Origin: Bacteroidia bacterium
GTDB lineage: Bacteria > Bacteroidota > Bacteroidia > UKL13-3
Reading direction: 5' to 3'
DNA length: 44,518 nucleotides
Assembly (NCBI GenBank): GCA_044360615.1
Contig: JBIKKC010000002.1
Span: 1-44,518, forward strand
The notes beneath the pieces are model-generated. The model searched no databases. It saw only the letters and a program-made list of their open reading frames with translations, and had not been told where the DNA came from. The translations under genes were made by a program, and so were the position numbers. Below are positions 18,269 through 26,050 of this stretch, piece after piece; position 1 is the stretch's first letter; every line of letters starts with the position of its first letter.

Positions 18269-19707
18269 GTCTTTTGTTCCTTATAATCTGGATCATCAAA
18301 TCTTTCTGCCACTGTAAGCATGGTCATTGTAATATACATTATGGCACCAAGAGGCGCCTGACCAAACACTGGATTTCCGAAAGATGCGGTAACAATTCCG
18401 AGGAATCCTCCGTAAAGGGCAATCATTTTTTGCTTAGAATCTGGACTTTTCACTTTTCGTATATGATAAACACCATATACTAAAACGAAGGCCAATCCAA
18501 ATGCATAAACAGTTAAACCGACAACTCCATTTTCTACCCAAATTTTAACAAACCAACTATCAGTAGGAAGGTTTACCAAGTAACTATTAGGATAGAAACG
18601 AAATGCCCAAGAGTCTGTGGTACCAATACCCGAGCCAAAGGGCCTATCTTTAAGATACTCGCGAATTTTCTCTTGATTGCTTAACCTCACCAGCAAAGAT
18701 GCTTCCTTAGGATCTAAAGCAGTACGAATCCTATAAACTTGATAATTGGTATTACCGATATATGTAAACTTAAGAAATGAAAATACAACCAAAATAACGA
18801 AAACCCCTGGCACAAGAATTCGATAGTTTCTAATCATCAACAAATACGCAATTAAACCAAATAAAATAACGAAAATAGGTCCACGTGAACCAGAAGTACC
18901 CATACCCATAATACACACCACAAAAGCAATCCAATATAAAATTTTAGCTCTTTTTTGGTAGGGCCCTAAAGCCATCATAAGCGCCAGAAAGGCTGTATAG
19001 GCCATAGTTACACCAAACTGGCCCGCATCAGAGAAAAAGGAAAATGCACGTAACTGCCCCATTAAAACGTGTGTAACCTTACCACCGCCTTCTAACCAGG
19101 CATCTTCAAATGGATCTAAACCAATGTTAATTTGTTTCCATCCCCAAACAGCTCCAACGACTCCCCAAATAACTACCACTTTAATAAACTGATCCAAGTC
19201 CTTCTTTTGAGTAAATAAAAGTAACGTTAAAGGTACAGTTTGAATAGCGTATAAGGATAATCCCCTTGAGGCATAAATCCAGGCGTTGATATTACCTGCC
19301 TCAGGATTAAAAGCCTCTAACAAGGTATAAAAAAACCATAAGCCTGTTACTGCAAAAAATCCAGATTGAAGATTCTTGATATTGTCTTTATGAATTCGAA
19401 ACAACATGGATAAAGTTGTTAAAAGTAGCACCGCATCTACTGATAGTCCTAAAGGTACACCGACAATATATCGGTTCAAACCGATAAAAAAGAAAGAATA
19501 ATGAATATAGAACATTAACCCATAATAAGGGTTTGAAATAATGAGGGCAATAAGACCTACTACAACAGGTAATAAAGCTACCAAGGTGCCAATACCAGTA
19601 TCTCCTATGGCTAAAATGATAGCCATTGAAACTCCGGTAAGAACTAATAATCCTGTAATAATAAAATTATTTGTTTTCTGACTTATTGCGCTTGCATTAG
19701 GCCTCAT
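18265..19707 (-). CDS. wzy: O-antigen ligase/polymerase-family membrane protein (Wzy-like)
   Basis: 480 aa, at least 10 predicted TM helices, with a large loop containing the SGSRGP-type motif (GTSGSRGPIF) typical of the Wzy_C/O-antigen ligase domain. Confidence 0.7.
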   Translation of the reverse strand: MRPNASAISQKTNNFIITGLLVLTGVSMAIILAIGDTGIGTLVALLPVVVGLIALIISNPYYGLMFYIHYSFFFIGLNRYIVGVPLGLSVDAVLLLTTLSMLFRIHKDNIKNLQSGFFAVTGLWFFYTLLEAFNPEAGNINAWIYASRGLSLYAIQTVPLTLLLFTQKKDLDQFIKVVVIWGVVGAVWGWKQINIGLDPFEDAWLEGGGKVTHVLMGQLRAFSFFSDAGQFGVTMAYTAFLALMMALGPYQKRAKILYWIAFVVCIMGMGTSGSRGPIFVILFGLIAYLLMIRNYRILVPGVFVILVVFSFLKFTYIGNTNYQVYRIRTALDPKEASLLVRLSNQEKIREYLKDRPFGSGIGTTDSWAFRFYPNSYLVNLPTDSWFVKIWVENGVVGLTVYAFGLAFVLVYGVYHIRKVKSPDSKQKMIALYGGFLGIVTASFGNPVFGQAPLGAIMYITMTMLTVAERFDDPDYKEQKT

Positions 19708-21037
19708 GTTTTTTAAGTTTAAGAATTTTTAAAATATGACCAGAAAACTCTATCCAACCATAAACAAGTACATTTTTAAATTCAATACCCATGTGCTTAT
19801 TTAATTGGTAATAGCCAAAAATCATTCCTGCAATGAAGGTTAAGGTAGAAACAAGCGCCACCGATTCTAGATTCCCAAATATTAGTATTGCCAGATAATC
19901 ACCCACTATATTTACAAAAAGTTGAATACCTACTTTGTAAAAGTTTAAATGTGGTTTATTTATGGTATCTAACATTACGCCAGAAAATTTATCGAGCGGA
20001 AGAATAGCCATGTAGCTAGCAAAAAAGCGAAGAATGTTTGCAGACTCTGAGTACCCGGTGCCACCTATTAACAAAACCACCCAATCTGCAAAAACAAAAC
20101 AGATTATAGCTATAGGTAAAAGTAAAAAAAACACCATACCCGCTTTTTTCTCAAATTCAAATCTCAATGCTTCATAATTCTTATCTGCAAATTGTTTAGC
20201 AAATTGAGGCAAAGCAGTAACTGCAAAACTTCTAAGTGGCATTTCAACAACTTCTAAAATTCGAGAAGGCACATTAAAAATGGCTACTCCACCGCTTCCT
20301 AAAATGCTTGAACCGATGATAAAGGTGTCGGAACTTCTAAGTAAATTAGAACCCAAGAGCGTACCCATACTATATTTGCCAAAGTGAAATATATCTAATA
20401 CAACCTTTTGGGTATACTGAAATAGATATTGAAATCCACTCCAACCCATTAAAACGCATACGAGACTGATTATGCCCTGTGAAATTAAATATCCATTTAA
20501 GACATTATAAATACTTGGATCTGCTTTTACAAATACCCAAATATAAGCTATAAAAAGTAACTGACTAATAATGCGAATGGAGCTCATACTTATGATTCTG
20601 AGTTTGGCATTTAAATACCAAGTTGTATAATTATTGGGTAAAGTTAGCACGGCTAGTGCAACTAACCATTTAAAGAAAAAAATATAATCAAGAAATAAAC
20701 CTAATGACTTAAATAAAAAATACAAGATTGCCATGAGCACCATGTACATTAAAGTAATAAGAAGTGTAATTAAAAGTGTTGACCCGATCACTTTTTTTTC
20801 CTCAGCCTCATTGCTACATTGTGAAAGATTTCTTACCATGGCATTCATAACCATGCCAATTCTTAGCGTTTCAAAAATACCGTAAATGGCCAAAAAGACG
20901 ATATATGGACCAAATGCATCTTTTGGTAAAATCCTAGCAAGTAAGGCAAAGGTTAACATCCCTAGAATGGCGCCCAAACCATTACCAACTAAGGATGAAA
21001 AACTCTTACTACGAAGGATTTGTATTACTGCAAGCAT
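19697..21037 (-). CDS. wzx: MOP-superfamily polysaccharide flippase (Wzx-like)
   Basis: 446 aa, about 12 TM helices, polysaccharide-biosynthesis-protein-like N-terminus (SLVGNGLGAILGMLTFALLARIL). Position between the Wzc-like and Wzy-like genes. Confidence 0.7.
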   Translation of the reverse strand: MLAVIQILRSKSFSSLVGNGLGAILGMLTFALLARILPKDAFGPYIVFLAIYGIFETLRIGMVMNAMVRNLSQCSNEAEEKKVIGSTLLITLLITLMYMVLMAILYFLFKSLGLFLDYIFFFKWLVALAVLTLPNNYTTWYLNAKLRIISMSSIRIISQLLFIAYIWVFVKADPSIYNVLNGYLISQGIISLVCVLMGWSGFQYLFQYTQKVVLDIFHFGKYSMGTLLGSNLLRSSDTFIIGSSILGSGGVAIFNVPSRILEVVEMPLRSFAVTALPQFAKQFADKNYEALRFEFEKKAGMVFFLLLPIAIICFVFADWVVLLIGGTGYSESANILRFFASYMAILPLDKFSGVMLDTINKPHLNFYKVGIQLFVNIVGDYLAILIFGNLESVALVSTLTFIAGMIFGYYQLNKHMGIEFKNVLVYGWIEFSGHILKILKLKKHEA

Positions 21038-21054
21038 GCATTACTCCAATCACT

Positions 21055-23262
21055 TTAAGAAGTTGCTAATTCTTCCTCTTCTTCTTGTTTTAATGCTGGC
21101 CTTTCTTGGCTACGTTTTGCTTTAGGGAGTGCACCTATCATATTTTCCAAGTTTTCTGGATCAACAAAGTTTACCCAGCACATAATCTTAGATTCTTCGC
21201 TGGCAGCTTTGCGGAAAAGCTTCATAATATTTTCATCTGCTGCGGTCCAACTTCTTCTAGCATCTACCACAAGTAGGGATAAACGAGAATTGCGAATCAA
21301 CTGATTTGGAATAGCATTAATACTGATTGCAGGAATCTCTACAATAATAAAATTATAAGAACTTCTATTTACCCTTGAAAACTCTGGCAACAAATTCTCT
21401 TCAGTTTTGGCCGAGAAGAATCTTGAAGTAACGTCATACCTTAAAGTTCTAAATCTACGGTCTTCTGTTTCTGCATCTTCAATATTGTCATCATTAGAAA
21501 TATACAATACAGAATAATCTAAACTGTATAACTTTTCGGCTAGTTTTTGCGCAGCGTAGGATTTACCCTCCTGTTCCCTAGTACTTAAAATAGTTATCAA
21601 GTAATTACCATTTACAATAGGATTATTCTCTAGTTCTATCTTTAAGTTGGAGGCTGCATAATCTAATAAAGTATTTTCTATTCTACCAATTTGAAGCGAA
21701 TTAACCAAAGACAAACGGTTAGGTAAGGCACTAAATATTTTCAATCCTGTTAGTTCTTCGGCTTTAGTAGTATTCTTAATAGACCCATCTAATAATTCTT
21801 TTGCAACTAAGTATACCAATAAGAAGAAGAAGGCGGCTAGGAAAGATAATATTACCAAAAGAGGTGCACGACTAGGAACTGATTTAGTTGGAAACACTGG
21901 TTCATCCATAACCTGAAGGTTATTAGACATTTCGATGTTTTGCTGACGCAGTTTAGCCAAATGGTAACCATGAAGAATTTCCAAATATTGACGCTCATTT
22001 ACACTAATCTCTCTTTCTAATCTGCTTACTTGCATATTTAGTGGTGAGAATTCATTGTAACGACGATCAAATTCTTTTCTTCGATCAATATAAATTTGAA
22101 GGCGGGCTTCAGAAGCATCCATTTGAAGAATTTCTTTTAACCAATTTTCTAAAACCATTGCAGAAGGAACAGACTCAATGGTATTGTTTAAACTATAATA
22201 TTGGAGAACCCATAATCTAATCTCTTGCTTAACTGCATCTACTTTTGTGGCTAACTTCGCAATTTTCTCAGGGGAATTACTATAAATTTTAGCTCTTTCA
22301 TACTCCTCATGCGTAATAGATAATTCTTTTCTTAATCTGTTTAACTCAGCATTATTTCTTAGGAGAATTTCTCTACTTTCTAATTGATCCTCTAACCTTG
22401 CTACGGCGCGCTTGTGGGCTTCATAAGACATTAACTCTTTATAGTAATCAGTTTCATTAGTCTCATTTTCAATAGCAACGGCTTTCGCTTGTTCGTAGTA
22501 GTTAATAATCTTATTACGAATTCCGAAATCTTTCAATTTATTTTCGGAATTATTTAAGGCCGCTGCTGATTCCTTTAAGCGGGCTTCAAACCATTTTAAT
22601 ACATTTACAGTTTCTGCTCCCTTTAGGTTTTTATACTTGAAAATGAAAACTTCAGTAATAAATTTCAAGGTGTTTAAACATACTCCTGGATCATCTGATT
22701 TAAAGGTTAAATCGATAAAATCTGAGGTAGACTTGCGCGTTGCGGTAAGGTTTTTGAATATTTGTTGAAGGCTATAATGACCAGTTGGGCGCGATAATAA
22801 ATCTACAACGATATTATCTGTAGAAGAGTTCTTGTATTTGGTTATTTTCTCAACGGTTGCAGTAAAATTACCAGGAACAACCATCAGTGCTCGTTCATCT
22901 GTGATGGTATTTTTAAGGTCTGCGAAACTTTTTTCACCTAATATTAAAGGATCAGGCATTTCTAGTAATAAATGCTGCGCCAACAACTTAATAGCGACAT
23001 CTTCTAGGGTTTGACGTGCCGTAATTGTAGCCAAAAGGTTATCAAAGGCATTATTAATAGTAAAATAGTCTGCACGAGGGGCATCTTCTCCCGAAGTGAT
23101 TCCGTAGCCAGAGGCTATACCCGTGTAAACAATGGTTGCTGCTTGGTATTCCTTAGGCAGCCTAGCTGTTAAAAAGTATACTAATATTGCCACTAATAGT
23201 GGGAATATGATTAACCATTTAAGGTTTTTACTAATTACGCGTAAAAACTGTGCAAGTGTCAT
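21055..23262 (-). CDS. Wzc/GumC-like polysaccharide co-polymerase (chain-length determinant) with a degenerate C-terminal P-loop domain
   Basis: 735 aa. N-terminal Wzz-type TM, a long coiled-coil periplasmic region, a second TM (APLLVILSFLAAFFFLLVYLV) and a C-terminal domain with STREQEGKS (Walker A-like) but atypical A' and B motifs and no Tyr-rich tail. Confidence 0.7.
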   Translation of the reverse strand: MTLAQFLRVISKNLKWLIIFPLLVAILVYFLTARLPKEYQAATIVYTGIASGYGITSGEDAPRADYFTINNAFDNLLATITARQTLEDVAIKLLAQHLLLEMPDPLILGEKSFADLKNTITDERALMVVPGNFTATVEKITKYKNSSTDNIVVDLLSRPTGHYSLQQIFKNLTATRKSTSDFIDLTFKSDDPGVCLNTLKFITEVFIFKYKNLKGAETVNVLKWFEARLKESAAALNNSENKLKDFGIRNKIINYYEQAKAVAIENETNETDYYKELMSYEAHKRAVARLEDQLESREILLRNNAELNRLRKELSITHEEYERAKIYSNSPEKIAKLATKVDAVKQEIRLWVLQYYSLNNTIESVPSAMVLENWLKEILQMDASEARLQIYIDRRKEFDRRYNEFSPLNMQVSRLEREISVNERQYLEILHGYHLAKLRQQNIEMSNNLQVMDEPVFPTKSVPSRAPLLVILSFLAAFFFLLVYLVAKELLDGSIKNTTKAEELTGLKIFSALPNRLSLVNSLQIGRIENTLLDYAASNLKIELENNPIVNGNYLITILSTREQEGKSYAAQKLAEKLYSLDYSVLYISNDDNIEDAETEDRRFRTLRYDVTSRFFSAKTEENLLPEFSRVNRSSYNFIIVEIPAISINAIPNQLIRNSRLSLLVVDARRSWTAADENIMKLFRKAASEESKIMCWVNFVDPENLENMIGALPKAKRSQERPALKQEEEEELATS

Positions 23263-23274
23263 AATTTCTAATAA

Positions 23275-24039
23275 TTAGTTTTTCTTTGGTTTTTTCATTA
23301 CCGATTCTAGTGGCACACCTAATATGGCCTCAAATTGTTCTAAAGCGGCGAAATAAAATCTAAATGATTCATGGTAAGCAGCCTCCGCATCTGCCATAAC
23401 GTTCTTTTGACGTGCATACTCAGAAATATGAATAGTACCCTCTCTATATTCTTTCTCAGCTACTTGGCAAGCAACCAACTGGGTAAGTAAATCTTCATTT
23501 CTTCCTTTATACAACTTATTATAACCAACCATATCTGCATAGTATGAGGCTAATTTTCTCTTGAGTTCTAAAGACTCTGCATCACGTTTATATTTGCTAA
23601 CTAAAGCTTTTTCACGTTGTTCATTTACACGACCTCTATGACCCATTACATCGAAAATGGATAACTGAATATTCACACCCGCACGATAACCTTGGGTTAC
23701 CTGTATTAAGCCTTGAGGATTAGTAATATCATTATAAGCAAAAAATGGCAAACTACCGAAGTTATAGTTGTAAAAAACATAAATATTCTGCGCCCACAAC
23801 CAGCGATTATAGCGCTCTGCCCACAAACTCGAACGCATTGCAGCATTTTCTTGTTTTAATGTTGGGTTAACCGACTTTGCAATCTCGTACAAGGAATCTA
23901 AAGAGGGTAATATTACTTCAATATCGATCTTAGGATCTAAAAATAATGAATCAACCTGCCCCTTGGAAGCCGAGATGAAGCCGAAAAAAATTGCCAGCAA
24001 CAACACTATTTTTTTTAGTTTTATGACTAATCTAAGCAT
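23275..24039 (-). CDS. secreted half-length TolC/OEP-like outer-membrane protein (single OEP repeat)
   Basis: Signal peptide MLRLVIKLKKIVLLLAIFFGFISASKGQ (ATG 24039; TTG 24069 is an alternative). LDSLYEIAKSVNPTLKQENAA..., GYRAGVNIQLSIFD and a long helical hairpin ending YFAALEQFEAILGVPL match one repeat of the outer-membrane efflux protein pattern. Confidence 0.5.
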   Translation of the reverse strand: MLRLVIKLKKIVLLLAIFFGFISASKGQVDSLFLDPKIDIEVILPSLDSLYEIAKSVNPTLKQENAAMRSSLWAERYNRWLWAQNIYVFYNYNFGSLPFFAYNDITNPQGLIQVTQGYRAGVNIQLSIFDVMGHRGRVNEQREKALVSKYKRDAESLELKRKLASYYADMVGYNKLYKGRNEDLLTQLVACQVAEKEYREGTIHISEYARQKNVMADAEAAYHESFRFYFAALEQFEAILGVPLESVMKKPKKN

Positions 24040-24193
24040 AGGTTTAGTTTTAAAAATATCTACCAACAAAGTAAGTGGTCTATACTATATCAAAGGTTTT
24101 CAGTTATTAACCCTCGCTAGATAGGTGTCTATTTTTTTGGCAAATAGGTTTTTTGGAAATAATTCGTGTTTTTTGGTAGTAAAACCAATAAGT

Positions 24194-25393
24194 ATGACAG
24201 GAAGAGATATTATTGTGGTTGGGCTTCAACCCTTGGATAGTTTAATTGGGAGTAACTGCATTAACATTGCAGAGGAATTTGCTAAGAACAATCGTGTACT
24301 ATATGTAAATTATCCTTTTGACAAGGCCTCGCTGAAAAGGGAAAAACACTTGCCAAATGTGGAGATGCGAATTAAAATGCGAAAAAATAATGAAGAAAAT
24401 TTAATTATAGTAAAACCTAATCTATATAATTTCTTTCCTAATACTTTGTTAGAATCAATTAACGGCCTTCCTTTCACATTTTTGTTTAGAATAGCCAACT
24501 TTATCAACAATCGCAGATTTGCCTCAGAAATAAAAAAAGCGATAAAAAGACTTGGGTTTAAAGATTTTTTACTCTTTAATGACAGTGATATGTTTAGAAG
24601 CTATCACTTAAAAGAAATGCTAAAACCTATTTGCACAATCTATTATACAAGAGATAATATGATGAGCGTTCCATATTGGTTCAAACATGGCCAAAAACTT
24701 GAGCCAGAATTAATGGCAAAATCTGATTTGGTTTGTGCAAATTCTACTTATTTATCTGAAATAGCTGCCAAAGAAAACCCCAATTCATTTTATGTTGGGC
24801 AGGGTTGTGATGTAAGTGCGTTTGATAGAAACAAAATAAGTTCTAAACCAGAAGACCTTGCAACTATTAAGGGTCCTATCATTGGCTATATTGGAGCCTT
24901 GTACACCTTACGTCTCGATATTCAAATAATTGCTTTAATAGCCAAAGGTAAACCTGAATGGAGTGTTGTACTCATTGGACCAGAAGATGAAGAATTTGAA
25001 AATTCTGAACTCCACCAATTAAAAAATGTACATTTCTTAGGATTAAAAGATGGCAGTGTATTGCCCCAATATTTAAATTATTTTGATGTGGCCATTAATC
25101 CGCAAATATTAAATGAGGTAACTATAGGTAATTATCCAAGAAAGATTGATGAATATTTAGCCATGGGTAAACCTGTTGTAGCTACAGAAACAAAGGCCAT
25201 GAGCATATTTAAAGACCATACTTATCTAGCCAAGAATAAGGAAGAATATATTTCCCTCATCGAAAAAGCTATTCGTGAAGATAATCCCTTGGTTCGAGAA
25301 GAAAGAATTAAATTTGCGCAATCTCACACTTGGGAAAACAGTGTAAAGGAAATTTATAAAGCCATTATAAAAGTAAACCCTCAATTAGTCTAA
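24194..25393 (+). CDS. GT-B fold glycosyltransferase (family 1/GT4-like)
   Basis: ATG 24194 (MTGRDIIVVG). C-terminal GNYPRKIDEYLAMGKPVVATE sugar-donor binding region. The GTG extension to 24125 is rejected. Confidence 0.75.
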   Translation: MTGRDIIVVGLQPLDSLIGSNCINIAEEFAKNNRVLYVNYPFDKASLKREKHLPNVEMRIKMRKNNEENLIIVKPNLYNFFPNTLLESINGLPFTFLFRIANFINNRRFASEIKKAIKRLGFKDFLLFNDSDMFRSYHLKEMLKPICTIYYTRDNMMSVPYWFKHGQKLEPELMAKSDLVCANSTYLSEIAAKENPNSFYVGQGCDVSAFDRNKISSKPEDLATIKGPIIGYIGALYTLRLDIQIIALIAKGKPEWSVVLIGPEDEEFENSELHQLKNVHFLGLKDGSVLPQYLNYFDVAINPQILNEVTIGNYPRKIDEYLAMGKPVVATETKAMSIFKDHTYLAKNKEEYISLIEKAIREDNPLVREERIKFAQSHTWENSVKEIYKAIIKVNPQLV

Positions 25394-25395
25394 AT

Positions 25396-26013
25396 ATGTC
25401 TATAGCCGCTACCATAAAGTCAAATCCAGCCTTAAAAAAATTAGTGCATTATGCTTTGATCCCAAGAGGACAGGCGCGGCCCAGAACTTGGGTAAAATGG
25501 TTTTTAAACCCATTTTACCATAAGGTTGCGCATGGAAGTACCATACGTTGGAATACCAGGATGGATGTTTTGCCATTTAATGCATTTGAATTAGGTAAAG
25601 GCAGTACCATTGAAGATTATTGCACCATTAACAATGGCGTTGGAGATGTTAAAATTGGCTCGGAAACACGCATAGGAATAAGTAATGTGATTATTGGCCC
25701 CGTTACCATTGGAAACAATGTAATTCTGGCACAAAATATAGTTATAAGCGGGCTAAACCATGGATACGAAGATGTTAACCTACCTATACACAAACAGCCA
25801 GTGAGTATGTCTCCAATTATTATTGAAGATGATTGTTGGATTGGAGCCAATGTAGTTGTAACTTCTGGAGTAACAATTGGAAAACATTGTGTGATAGCTG
25901 CCGGAGCTGTTGTAACTAAATCTATTCCACCTTTTAGTATTGCCGTTGGTAACCCAGCAAGGGTAATAAAGCAATATAATTTTGAAGCTGCCCAATGGCT
26001 AAAAATTTCCTAA
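25396..26013 (+). CDS. hexapeptide-repeat (left-handed beta-helix) acetyltransferase
   Basis: 205 aa. Repeated [LIV]-G-x4 turns (IGISNVIIGPVTIGNNVILAQNIVISG; WIGANVVVTSGVTIGKHCVIAAGAVVTK) and a C-terminal VGNPARVI. Confidence 0.85.
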   Translation: MSIAATIKSNPALKKLVHYALIPRGQARPRTWVKWFLNPFYHKVAHGSTIRWNTRMDVLPFNAFELGKGSTIEDYCTINNGVGDVKIGSETRIGISNVIIGPVTIGNNVILAQNIVISGLNHGYEDVNLPIHKQPVSMSPIIIEDDCWIGANVVVTSGVTIGKHCVIAAGAVVTKSIPPFSIAVGNPARVIKQYNFEAAQWLKIS

Positions 26014-26050
26014 TAAAACCTTATTTATTTACTTAAAAATTATTTAAAGA

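Larger units (their letters stand above)
11876..24039 (-). other. ten-gene Wzx/Wzy-type polysaccharide (EPS/O-antigen-like) biosynthesis operon
   Basis: Uninterrupted same-strand ORFs with gaps of -11 to +17 nt. Contains a flippase, a polymerase, a chain-length regulator, five glycosyltransferases and a methyltransferase. Confidence 0.8.
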
